From: Camelus ferus
Lineage: Eukaryota
Assembly: GCF_009834535.1 (NCBI RefSeq)
Contig: NC_045707.1
Location: 59,274,001 to 59,338,000 of the forward strand
Length of the DNA stretch: 64,000 nt
Direction of reading: 5' to 3'
The notes beneath the pieces are model-generated. The model had not been told where the DNA came from and made no database searches. It saw only the letters and a list, made by a program, of their open reading frames with translations. Shown in pieces: positions 27,320 through 40,139 of this stretch; the first letter of the stretch is position 1, and each line of letters begins with the position of its first letter. A program made the position numbers and the translations under genes.

Positions 27320-27560
27320 AGAAATAGCAATAATATACACTTTCTGAGCACTTACTACATGACAACCATTGTTCTAAGTGTTAACTATGCATTACCACCT
27401 TTAATTTTCACAACTCTTCAAGACAGGTATTATAACCATCCAAAAACAATGTGGAAGATGAGGTACGAATAATTAAATCGAACGACACACAAGTCTAGAA
27501 ATGTTTCAGAGTCAGCGAGCCAGGATTTTAATCCTATCTGCCTCACTCCAAAGATCCCAA
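27320..27560 (-). mobile_element. MIR SINE
   Basis: ctgagcacttactacatgacaaccattgttctaagtg...caggattttaatcc. Confidence 0.65.
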
Positions 27561-28253
27561 GTTTAATTATTAGGCAGATTCCTGTTTAAACTCATGATAG
27601 CGTTAGGTTATTAAAACAATTTCCAACTATTATGTAAGAGGGTAATTCCACGATTACCGAATCATTGAGGAGTGGAATTTTTACCTGGTGCTACCAAAAG
27701 AAGTACAGTATTGAAATATTACCATTATCATCTGATATTTTAACCATCTTCACTCTATCATCAAATTTTTGTGCATTGTTAGCCATCAGACTCCATGCAC
27801 TAGTCACATCATCAAAAATGTTTCAGAAAAAATCAGTTCTATCAGCTACCACATATTAAAATCTAATCTTTGTCACTACATTTCTATACATTTGATGGTG
27901 GCAAAGGATGAAGCCATGAGAGTGTATAGTCTTGTCCAGCCTTTAAACCTTTATCTTTACAGTGATATCTCTGTTCCCTAGATGTGACAGCAAATATGAG
28001 TAAACCATCCATTTCTTCTAAGTCAATTATTTCATGTAATGCTTGGGAAATTATATTTGTTGTTATTAGGACAAGCCAAAATCTCTGGTTTTTCTGTCAA
28101 CAGCTTTTGACCTAAAATCACTAGAAAAAAACAGACTCACTAGTTACAGTTCAATCAGACTGCTATGAGTTTTAGGAAGATGGCAGGTGCTAGCCATAAA
28201 GGATATTGATAATTACAAGGGAGGAAAAATACAGATCACTAAAAACAGAAGCA

Positions 28254-28347
28254 GGAGGGCATAGCTCGAGTGGTAGGGTGTATGATTAGCATGCATGAAG
28301 TTGTGAGTTCAACCTCCACTACCTCCTCTAAAAATGAATAAGTAAAC
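28254..28347 (+). mobile_element. Vic-1-like tRNA-derived SINE, 3'-truncated, no poly(A)
   Basis: ggagggcatagctcgagtggtag...gagttcaacc; exact 15-bp TSD ctaaaaacagaagca (28239-28253, 28348-28362). Confidence 0.88.
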
Positions 28348-28841
28348 CTAAAAACAGAAGCAACAAAAGAGATTACATTAGGCAGCCAGCCCTTTTCTAT
28401 ATATTTCATTTGATTGGCATTCCTCTATGACCAATTCTTAGTTAAACCTAGAATTTTTTGGACAAAAGTTTGCAAAATTTTGATTCAAAAAAACCTCAGA
28501 GATTTTAAGAGACACAGACAGTATTTTACCGGGAAGAAATTATATTTTACTGACATAAAACTTGGGATACTGAGATTAAAGAAGGGAAGGCAGAAGGCAG
28601 GATGTAAATTAGAAGCAAAAACCAATGATGCTAAAGTTGGTAGATCTGGAGCAGGGTGATGCTTAAGAGCCAAAGGAGAATGTCTGCAGAAGGAAACAGG
28701 AATAACTCAAAGCCAAAGCCGAAATGATGGCTTCCTCGATTTCCAACTGGTTGCTTCTCTCCTACAATTCTGCACAGACTGGACGGGGGTGGGAGGAAGG
28801 ATGCTGGTGAAGAAGCAACATGAGTAAAGTCCCACAATCCC

Positions 28842-29323
28842 CTGTGCATTAATTTCCCGTGGCCGCTGTAACAAATTACTGCAAACTTGTCATCACCAAA
28901 CAAGACAGAAATTTATTCTTTCACAGTTACGGAGGTCAGAAGTCTAAAATCAAGGAGTCATTAGGGTTGTGCTCCATCCAGAGGCTCTAGGGGAGTTTTT
29001 GTTCCTTGCACTTCCAGCTTCTGGTAGCGGTTGGCATCCCTAGACTTTTAGCTGCGTCACTCCAGTCTCTGCCTACAGGGTTACATTGTCTTCTTTTTCT
29101 GCTGTTTGTCTCAAATCTCCCTGCCTTTCTCTTAATACAGACACTTACTGAATTTAGGGTTCGCCCAGATAATCTAGGATGATCTCATCATCTCAATATT
29201 CTTAACTCTGCATCTGCAAAACTCATTTTTCCAAATAAGCTACTATCCATTGGTTCCAAGGATTTAACATGGATGCATCTCTTTTTCTGGAGTGGGAGGG
29301 GGGATTCCATTCAATCAATTACA
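28842..29323 (-). mobile_element. MaLR LTR, MLT1C-like
   Basis: gctgtaacaaattac...cagaaatttattctttcacagtt..ggaggtcagaagtctaaaatcaagg...cccagataatctaggatgatctc. Confidence 0.8.
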
Positions 29324-31954
29324 CCCTGATTGAATATTCCTACCAAATACAATCACTGTAGAAGTGAAACAGTATCTTTTCCTGGTGATGCTTTTCTCTC
29401 CTTCAACTGAGTTTGAACTTAGTCTTCCCTTCGTGTGGGCAGGGGAGGCCAGGTAGAAGGAAAGAGAAGCATCCAGCTATACTTTACAAAGATGGACTTT
29501 TCTCCATCACAAATGAAAATCCTGCCTCTTTGAAAATATTCTAAGGATGCATACTTACTAAGATATTACCAACAGAAATCTATCAAAAAATTTTTTTTTC
29601 CATTACCAAAAAAAATTTTCTTAGGACAAGCTGAAACTTAGAGCAAGTCTCCACTCTTTCCAGCCACCAGAGATTTACTGAGCGTCTATAATAGTCATAA
29701 ATAACCCCCGGCTTGAACAAACTAAAAGAAAAATATCTAATCTACACTCATAACCTGGAGTAAATCATGCCCTTGAACACCTGGCTTGAAGTGATATAAA
29801 AATGTCATTGTCTTCCCTGGGCATATATGATCCTCACCAGGGATGTTAGAAGCTTAGTCAAGTTCCCAACAATACACGTGAAGGACGCATTTTTGTTGAC
29901 CTAAGGGTTGCTTCTCTATTCTTGTCTAACACAATGCTCCTATTTGCTTCCCTAAAGCATATGGCCAAGGGCTTCAGAAGGAGTTACAAATACTAATTAC
30001 AATTAGACCCACAAACTGAGTTTCATAAAATCAAATTATAAATAATGGAACTGACTTTATGAAAGTCATCATGCTTCTTGGCAAACTGATAGTAGAAAGT
30101 GGGCATAAAAAGTCCAAGATTTTAACTCTTGTCATCTTTATTACACCTTGGAAGAAGTCAAAAATATATATATCAAACAACAGAAATAGTAACAAGACAA
30201 AAACACCTGAGATCTACTTCAAAAACCTACGGAATGTCTCGCCTCTTGTCTTTTGTCATCACCCGTATATACGCACACTGAGATCAGTAGCTGGCAACAG
30301 AAAAATAGAACTGAGTTTAGTTTCCAGTTTATTTTTTAATCTGCAGATGCCTTTTCTCTTAATTCAGTATTTGCACCATCACGGAGAGCCTTTTTTTTAA
30401 TTTCACATCCACTCCATAACCTTCATCTGTATGCTACTTTAAAGGCAAAGCTAACTTACAAAAAACAATTTGCTTTCCTGGAGGGGATGATACAGTGCAT
30501 ACTGATGTGGGAAATTTCCACCTCCAACTCTAAGGGGTTAACAATGGCAAAGAAAGCAACAGCAAGTAGCTCCCTCTCGGTCTCTCTCTCCTCCCTCCAT
30601 CCTCCCTCTCTCCTTCTCACCCTTTGTAATGCCTACTTCTCTGATCCCCTGTTCCCTGCTTCCAAATGAGAACCCAGCTGCCAGCACTGTGCTGCGACCC
30701 GAGGGGTGGTGTCAAGGACGTTCTGCTAGGCAATGAACAGGACCGTTGATCATTGTTTTTCTTCAGTGTTTGCAGAGACTCTCTGGGCAAGACAAGTGTC
30801 TTTGCTATGCGCAAAGCACAGAGAGTGCTGCAAGGTTCTGGCTTTTTGGAACAAAACATTAAGCTTATGAAGTTGAGAATATTCAGGAGGTTAAAATAGC
30901 TGTTTGTGTTTCAGCATTACCGCCTCAGTGAAAGAATATATGTGTTTACCCCCCAAACCTAAAGCCAGAGTCTCCAGAGAACAAATACAAGGGGGAGTCT
31001 TTACCCCCACAGTTCTATATTGAAGCCACCCAAGTGACAAAGCAAAACACTCAGGCATAACCATTTTCATCCAATAACTGCACACTTTAGAGACAAAAAG
31101 AACAAAAGTGTAGAACACTCAAATTACCATTTGCAAAATAGCCATGAATTTTTAGCATACAGCATGCTCCACGGAAGAAATACAAGTTGTTCTTTTAAAG
31201 CTCTGGATAAGCTTTTAAAGTTATGGATCTGCAACACAAACAAATTTAAACCTAAGAAGACATCCCGTTGCCATGACGATGTGATACACCAGCTCCCTGT
31301 CATGATGGATCACGAGCTTTGGGAATATGATCACCCCCGTGTACTTCAGGGTTCTCTGATAACAACACGCTGCTTTTAAATCTTGTTAGTGTATTACTCA
31401 GACATTTGTTTTTAGTCTTTAAAAAAAAAAAAAAACCAGATACAACGTCAGAGGCAAATAACCTAGCATAAATAAAAGTATTACACATGTTTCTTTCAGA
31501 ATATTTTTTATCTGATGTTTGTAATAACTGTGAACTTACCCACACGAGCTAAATTAGAGAGAAAGAAAATCTATTGTTCAAAAATTAGAAGTATCGTTTG
31601 TCAGAATCACTGGTTTTTAATGCTTCCATGAAAAGAAAACCATTTATTAATCTGAAGCCACAGAAAACTTATTGTGATATATGATTCATTACACAATGGT
31701 GCCTACAAATATGCTTTAAAAACAAAACAAAGGAACAAGGGACAGGTTCTAACTTGTCACAAATAAGATGACTCAAAAAGAATCTCTTTGGAAGCACAAA
31801 CAAACAGGGAAAGAAATTTCTCTCTGTCAAGGCTGATGACAGCTTATCACCAGCCCCTCACCTTCTTCCAGTTTCCTGAGCTTTTCCTTGCCTTCTCCTC
31901 GTCTTATTATCTTGGAGGCGATAACAAATCAGACTCAACTGCATTACTATTCAT

Positions 31955-32800
31955 TCCATTCACTCATTCTCAGTCAACATTTAAGAAGCATTTTTACTAT
32001 GTAGTAGGAAAAAGACCAGAGAAGAAAAGCTCAGCTTAGTGAGGAAGGCAAAAGTGAGAAAAATCGTTTCAGTAGAATCTTTTTAAAGCCTGTCGTCCTG
32101 AAGATGTGAAGGATTTCGTAAAATCACAAAGGAGTGCAGCGTCCTGGCACAGGTCAGACTCAGGAGAGGATGCTGTATTTGGGGTGAGCATTTTCCCAGG
32201 CAGTGAAGGGTGAAAAGGAGAAAGGTCATGTCCAGGAAAGAACATGTACAAAGGCAGAGCCTTTTGGAATTCCTCCTCTATTTTGAGAAATCTCATTGGG
32301 TCTGTTCACCTGGAGTGAGGTGCATATGGGAAAACAGTATGAAAAATGTTTGCCATTATATGGAGTTTGTACTTTGTCCTGTACAGGAACCCATTAAAAA
32401 AAAAAATTAGAAACTATGCAAAAAAAAAAGTCCAAAAAGTATTTCAGAAAACTCACTTGAATAGAATGGTGGAGGATTCCTTTGGGTTGAGGTGAGATTG
32501 AAGACAGAAAGATTAAGCGGCTCTTTTAACAAGCCAAGGGGGAGAGACTTGAACAAAGGCAGCACGTATAAAGAGCTTAGGGAAATATTTGGCAAAGGTA
32601 ACAAATCTTGGTAATCTATTGAATGTAGAAGTGAAAGAAGAAATATTTCTGGCAATAGAGTTGGAGTGAGAGCTATTATGATTTTCCACAATGAGGAATA
32701 TGATTCAGAAGACAGTCAGGCCAGATGGATTAGTGAATTATAGAAAAGAATCCAACCAGTGGACTGTAAGACGTGAAGAGGAAAGATCAAATATCAAATG
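31955..32800 (-). mobile_element. L2 fragment
   Basis: cattccattcactcattctcagtcaacatttaagaagcatttttactatgt terminus, purine-rich body. Confidence 0.6.
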
Positions 32801-32999
32801 ACACTAACAGCTACACGGAAGAGATACACAGAGGAAGAGGATACACCAAAGGGAAACAAAAAGTCACAAACCGGTAGCTTTTTTTTTTTCTTCAACAAAG
32901 GCATCTCAAAAAGAAAAGAGCCTGCCATATTGAAATGTATTTATGTGATGTTTTAGTGTGATTAGCTATGTGCTAATACAAACGAAATGTATATATAAT

Positions 33000-33190
33000 A
33001 TTTAACACTTTATAGTACAATCCTTGCAAAATGTAAAAAGCATCATTTGATCTCTACCACAAATCTGCAGCTAAACTAGGTATTATTATTTTTCTCATTA
33101 TTTTATGGAAGAGAAAACTGGTCAGAGAGACTAGCTAACACCCCAAGGTTACACAGCTGGTAACGCAGGACAGCTGAATTCACTTTCTCT
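33000..33190 (-). mobile_element. MIR SINE
   Basis: taggtattattattttt...gagaaaactg...cccaaggttacacagctggtaa. Confidence 0.65.
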
Positions 33191-36064
33191 GTGTATTTCA
33201 TTAAATAACCTAGGTATATCTGAACTGCATGGAGAGGTCTATTTCATTAAAATATATAGAAAATTATTTTATTAGCTAAAACCGATCCTTATCATGTCAA
33301 TTATAGAAATGATTTAAATACCTAAGCAAATAATATTTGGAGATAACTGCCTTCATTACAGTTATAAACTCACTTTTTTGAACTGAGAGATGACAGTGAC
33401 AATGAGTTAAAAAGAAGGAAGTCTAGAATATCATAAATATTCTCTGTAGAAGGTATTTTTACTCTAGTCAGAAAAAATCAATGTAACTTTTACTCTCAAG
33501 TGAATATTGCCAGCCTCGAGATAATAGTAATTATCCATCACCTGTTTCAGATACACAAGTGGGATACTCAATTTTAGACTAAGTAATGTGGGAACCTATT
33601 AACTGAGCCAAATAAAATAATCAGTAGAAAGGATAAAACTACTCCAAACGGTTCCTTAAACCACGTTCAGAAAGAGCACACATAGACGTCTCTTGCACAA
33701 ATATATAAAAGGTAAATGGTAAAATCCTTGGGAAATCCAGCCCTCAAAAAGTAACATAAAAAATAATGAGCCCATCAGATGAAGAACTGAAACTAAGGCC
33801 ACATTTGCACCAACATCTTTCAGAACCATGATGGATCCCCCAGGAGCCAAAGAGAAATCAGCAAGTATCCTAAGAGCCATCTTTATCTCTGTGGTCATTG
33901 AGAATCTCATTAATCCTGTGCAATAGAGAAAATTATTACTTTTGAAGCTTAATTAGCATTTTATACTACTTCACAATTTTTTAAACATCAGCCTAAAAGA
34001 CTCTTTGGTGCTAGGTGAGTAGACATTGTTTCCATCACTTGAAGATGAAGAATCAGTGGCTCAGGGAGGCTGATACTTGCCCAGTTTTATCAGGAGAAGG
34101 AAGAGACATACAATGTGAATTTACGTTTTGACTCAATCTACCAGGTCACTACACCCTTCTATGTCCTCTTTTATAAATGTCTACTTTGACACTCCTAAGA
34201 TACAGCCCACCAAATGACCTTTCACTAGACAGGAAGAAATCAAATCATACTGAGACGTCAGTTGTCTCACAGTAGTTATGTTTTATTATGAGGTCAGTGT
34301 TCAGGTACAAAGATGGCTAATTCCTTTTTCTTCTCTAAAGTATGATCACAAACAGCCAAATGTGTGCTTCCTACGTTGTATTAAGCCACTAGTGTGTTAC
34401 TACAGGACTCAGAGACCGCATTTTAATTAGACACATTGATTTCATAACTCAGTCCCATGGCAAATCACTATAATAAACACTTTCAAGGACGCCTCGTCTC
34501 TCTGCACAATGCGAATATCAAATACAATGACCTTTCCCGTATTTCCACATTAGTAAGTTTATTTTTGTAAGGGTAATGAATTCCTTTGCCTCTCAATTTG
34601 ATCCTTGTTTTTGTAAAATATTAATCATCTGGTATTCAGAGTCCCTCTTTATAAGTCAAATTTTAAAATCTCTCTGCTATAACCGAAAATATAAACATGG
34701 AATTCTCAGATAATAATTGTGGACTCCCTAAGCTTCTTAACAGTATTTCAAGCAGGCCAGCTACAACATGCCTGCGAACAGAAAACAAAGTCTACTACTA
34801 AGGCGTTATCCCTGAGACTTTTTCAGGGAGTAAAGGGGTTCTGAAAAGCATCCTTGGGCTCCCTTAGAGAGTCATACAGATTTGTGCATAGCATCGTCAA
34901 TGTTAGGCTTCCAAAGTGAGGCAAGTATTTAAATTATTGATTACATTAGGTTTGGGCTGTATTTGTGAGGTATGCATGTGTATGTGTTTCTGTCCATAAG
35001 ACTCCTGGAATTAATGAGACCTAAGTCTGAACACTGTCAACAGATATATTGCCCAAAAAAGGAGCATGGGTTCACACACCATAATTATTCTTAGAATTAT
35101 ACTTACATAATTATTATAGTTCCTGTTAATTATCTTATGTATTCTTTCTTCAACAATTTTTAAGCACCTACTTTGTGCCAGTCACTCTGTTAGGCACTGG
35201 ATAAACACAAGGGGGACCCCAGCCTGCTCTCAAGAAGGAACATCACAAAATATGTCTACTAGCAGGTCGTCATTACCAAACATATCATTATGTAAATGTA
35301 ATTTTGAGAAAGGTGATTCCACACTGAAAAACAATTTCCCTACAAATAAATTAAAATGTTTCCTTCTGAATTTCCAGTATTTGGGGTGCAGGACAGCTTT
35401 CCCCTTCTTTGCATCTTACTCCTGTTAAAAATTCTTTTGCTCAATTAACATTTTGATGGGAGACGTCAATCCCGAAGGCCGTATATGAGAAAAACAATTC
35501 CCAGGCTGGCTCCTAAGTGCACTATTACAGCCAATGCTAACAGCCTGGAAGATAGATGAGAGAGAAAGAGAAACATAAAGGGAAACTACTGGACAATCTG
35601 AAGAAGTGTGGAGGAAGAGATCAGAGGGAGAGAGACAGTAAGAAGGATCACAGAGAGAGTATGGAAAAAGGAAAGAAATAACTCAAGTAATTAGTGATAT
35701 TACAGCCAGTGGCACCACCACCACAGTTGGTCCCACAGCGAGTCCCCAGCAAGAGGTGAGATGCAATGTCTCAATTCTACTTAAACTACCTTATTTATAC
35801 TTGAGTAAAACATTCACACCTGTCATTCCAAATATAGTTATTCCTAAATCATTCCATGACAGTTTAAATAAAAATTAGCATTTATTTTTTGTAGGCCCAG
35901 TCAACATGCTAAATGTGTTAGGTACATTAGTTATTCTTACTATGCAAAACTCCAAGAGCGATATATCATTTTTCAGATAAAGAAACTGTAAAGCAAAAGA
36001 CTTAATTCATCATATTCCTTTGCATTTGTCCTTCCTCTCCCCTCAAAAGACTTGACGTTAGTGC

Positions 36065-36265
36065 CAGCGTCTAAAGGTAAGATTCAGACAGCTATGTGAT
36101 TTTGGATAAGATCCGATACCTCTCTAACCCTTACTTCTTCATCTGCAAAGTAGATATAATAAAACTGAGTATATCACAGTATCGCTGTGAGGATTAAATA
36201 CGATAACTCACATGAAATTATTTTACTTACAGCTGGAACAAAATAAACACTCAGTAAATAAAAGA
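36065..36265 (+). mobile_element. MIR SINE
   Basis: agctatgtgattttgg...cttcatctgcaaagt...gctgtgaggattaaatacgataa. Confidence 0.7.
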
Positions 36266-37259
36266 ATTCTTATCTTTACCATCATCTGTTTTAAATGGCT
36301 GACTAGATAGCAACACAGAGCATCAAAATCTTAGAGTTACCCCCATGGTCAACTGGCAAGTATTTTATATATAATACACCAGGAGAGATACTGGTCTAAA
36401 AATGGAATGCTTGAATTCCCTATCATATTATGGTTTTCTGAAAACATTTTTTTTAAGTGTTTCAAATATTAGCCCCAAGCAAATAGCACTGAGTTGAACG
36501 TAATTAGACGCAAATACCTAAATGTGGTTAATATTTGCCATTACTGTAAACGCCTGAGGGCCTCTCTGCACTGCCGCACCTGTGACTCAGAGGCACGGGT
36601 TCTGGAAAGCCGACGAGGTGCAATAATTAGTGTTATGACCCCCGCTGCAGCACACAGGGGCCAGGATACGGGTAAATCTCTAATGTCTATCATGCTAAGG
36701 GATAGAGTGTTTTTGAAGTAGTAAATCGTTCCCCCTTGTTAGCCCCGTCTTCTGCCCTCTGCTGAGCCCCCACTCCTCCCTCCCCGACTCTCCCCCCTCT
36801 ACTCATGAGACTGGGCTGCTCAGTGCTCACTGACGGAGCAGAAAGCAAAGCGAAAAAGGAGCCTCTTAGCTTCGATATGTAAAAGCTTAGCAGTCATTTT
36901 AGGGACACGGAGAGAATTTAAAGCGTAAAAGATTTGAAAAAGGTAGGTTACTCTGATAACTATGTAAGTTTAAAAAGCTAAAGTTCTAATCTGTTCTTAG
37001 AAACAATAATTAGTACATATATGTAAACTAAAAAAATGCAGTAGAATGTATATATGTATTCACATGCAATATAATGCGTACGTGCAGTCGAACTGTAATA
37101 ATTCTACCTAATAAAACTGAAAAAGGAGGGGAAAATTATTACAAATAGCTGAGCTTAAAAAAAAATTACTAACCTCAAATTGAATAAATGCTGATAAACA
37201 AACAAATAAACACAAAGGTAGGCTGAAGAGAGTAGGTAGGCTCCAGAATTTGGAGTAAC

Positions 37260-37965
37260 AAACGACATGGAGGATGGCGGTACCTGAACGTACTCGGCCA
37301 GGCAGATGGGAATAAAGCACGTTTTAACGGAGAGGTGAGGGGACCAGACAGGACGATGGTCAACTAAGCGGCTGTCCGGACGCTCGGGCGACAAGCATGA
37401 CCACGTGCCCCACCCCCCACCCATGCCAGGGACTCTCTTAGTTCGTCAGGCTGCTCTAACAAGAACACCTTAAAATGACCTACGAACACAAGAAATCCCT
37501 TTCTCACATTTCTGGAGCCTGGGGAGTCAGTCCGAGACGGAGGTCCAGGCAGATTCGGCGTCCGCGGAGAGCCGGCTTCCCGGGTCGGCAGACGACCATC
37601 TTCTCACCGCGTCGCCACGTGACAGAAAGCACAAGGGAGCTCCCGGGAGTCTTTCTGTCTCTGTCTCTCTCTCTTTTTCAGCTGCGTGGCCTACATAAGC
37701 CCCCTCGCCGCACCCCCGCCCGAGGCTGCGCCTCTGCCTCCGTCCCCCAGGCCCGACTGAGCGCGCGGTCGAACGCCGGCACATGCGCAGTTTGCGCCCA
37801 AGCACGGCCCTGCCCATCGTGCCCGATGGACCCCGCCGGCCGCAGCCCGCCGGGTCGCGCTCCCGGAGTCAGAAGTTTCGGGAACCGCGCCTTTAATGAG
37901 GTCTGAACGGTGTTTACCATCAGAGGCCTCATGGCCCAGCTGTCTTCATGGGCCTTGCGCCGTCC
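37260..37965. promoter_or_regulatory. CpG island; candidate promoter
   Basis: About 60 CpGs counted by eye in ~700 bp; GC box CCCCCGCCC 37713-37721, NRF1-like GCACATGCGCA 37779-37789, E-box CACGTG 37616-37621. Confidence 0.7.
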
Positions 37966-38124
37966 ATGATCCCCAGGTGTTTCTCTGCTGTCTCTTTTAC
38001 AAGAGCACTAATCATGAGCGCTCTGCCCCCAATTACATCCCAAAGGCCCTACCTCCAAACACCATCACATTGGGATTTAGGTTTCAACATAGAGATTTGG
38101 AGGAGATACATTGAGTCAATAGCA
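37434..38124 (-). mobile_element. MaLR LTR, MLT1A-like, split by a ~330-bp GC-rich insert (~37655-37985)
   Basis: Left arm tttctcacatttctggag...gcagattcgg...catcttctcac...aagggagctc; right arm tcttttacaagagcactaatc...caaaggccctacctccaaacaccatcacattggg...atagca. Confidence 0.85.
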
Positions 38125-40139
38125 GAGATAGTACATAAACTTCCAGAATTTATCCACAACCCTTGTGGAGGCAGTTAGGGTCCAAACTTACTACATTTCT
38201 GTCACGTGAGTAGAATGAAGGCTTAGACTGGAAATTGAATTTTTATATAAAACACAATGTTAATTTTTTGCACACCTGAAATCAATGGACTCAGGTGTAT
38301 GCCCGTCTACGCACCCCAGCTCTGTGTGATTCTACTATGTGTGTGTGTGTTTAAATACACATATAGAGCTATCAATATGGCTATAAAATTATGCATTTAA
38401 TTTCTAGTACATTCTGCAAAGTAAATGTGACACAAACAACTTCCCTAGGAATCAGCAAATGTCTCAAAGGCGAACATACTGTTTTCTGCATCTTTATATT
38501 AGCAGGGCTTAACCCAATTCCTGAACTTTGTAAGTACTTACAATAGCTTTTAAACTATTAAATAGTCATTGAAGTAAATTAAATGGCTTGACTAAATGAC
38601 TACATTAGTTAAGTGACTGCTTTTTAGTAGTCATTTAATGTTCATGTGTAAGAAAGTGACATGATCAGAAAATGTGTTTTGAACATTAATTTGAAACCCA
38701 CATGTAAGAGAGTATGGAGCTAGAAGGCTACGGGAACACCAGGGGAAAAGAGTGTAAGTATCTGAACCAGGTCAGTGGCGCTGGGAACAGAAAGAAGAGC
38801 ATAAATGTAATCGCCAAGGGTACAACTTGGTAAAACCCGGCAGCAGTGTCCTATTTTAGAACTAGAGCTTTTGTGGAGCTGAGCCTAGAATGGTTTCTAG
38901 CCTTTGGCCAAGTGCTTGAGGATGCAAAGTAAATAGTAGCTGTCAGAGATAAAGGTACTAACAGTAACAGCTTTAGAAGGAATAGAGTTAGCAAGAATAG
39001 TATTCAAACAGCTCATCCATTTAAACTGTGTGCATTTAAATATTCTATCTAGTTAACCTGCAACACATCCATTAAGACTTTGAAAATACCCTTCTGCTCA
39101 ACGTGAGATTGTTAATAGGTTTCCAAGTACTCAACTTTAACATAACAATAACACTAAGAGCAATTACTATCTAGTTTCAGTAAAAGCAAGTCGAGTGAAT
39201 TCATATGTGATGCAGCTTGCTGGATATATATATTCATTTCAAACTGGAATTGGAATTATTACTAATTCTACACTTTAATAGGTTAGTCAGCCTGCAACAC
39301 TCAGAGTCTTTATTCTCTTTGAGCCGTGGTGAAATAGAATATATCATAAGGAGAAATAGTAAGAAGAGATTCATGTCTCCACAGTAAGATCAAAGTGAAA
39401 AGTAAAAATGTTTCATTATAGGGCATAAGAAAGTTCACAGTATAATTTTTAAATTAAAAAAATGCAAATACACCCTTAGCATTAGAATTTTAACTAAGAA
39501 AAATAAGAAAAACTAGTCCAAAATACCTTGAGCATCTGAAATCTTATAGCATCACATTTGTCTTTCACTTTTATACATTATTTTACAGAGTATAACTGGG
39601 ATGGATTTGGTAGAAAACTATAACTTCTGACCCTTCTTTTGTGAGTTCCTTTCAAATTTCAGATTTGACTTTGGTGTTGACATAAATTCTGAGAGAAACC
39701 AATCTCTCTTACAAGGAACTTCTCCTCTTTAAGGCATATTGTGTAACACAGTTTAATACAATACCAACATTTATTGCACATAGTCATGGATGAAAATTAT
39801 TTCTATTATTTTTAATTAAAATATCAACAAACATTTCCCCAGTGCACAGCAAACTATACTAGAAACATGCACACAGAGGCAAAGTCATACTCAAAGAAGG
39901 GCATGAAATAAAAGAAAAAAATTTCAATTACCAAAAAAAAAAAAAATAGTTAATTATTATTGAAATTAAATGACAGAGATAAACCACAGTCCTTTTTTTA
40001 GAGGTGTTAACAACTGGATGGGGAACCATCTCAGAGGTAAGGGAGCACACTGATGAACTGCCAATGGCAAAAAAAAAATAACATGAATGAAAAGGGATGC
40101 AACTAAAGTATAGGGGGAAAAATACAAGTTAAGACGAAA

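Noticed and set aside
37475..37932. Overlapping 143/96/84-aa ORFs
   Set aside because: Arg/Pro/Ala/Gly-rich by-products of high GC in an LTR-derived CpG island; no recognisable domain
38593..38637. 11-bp inverted repeat TAAATGACTAC/GTAGTCATTTA with 23-nt spacer
   Set aside because: Too short for a pre-miRNA or MITE call in AT-rich DNA
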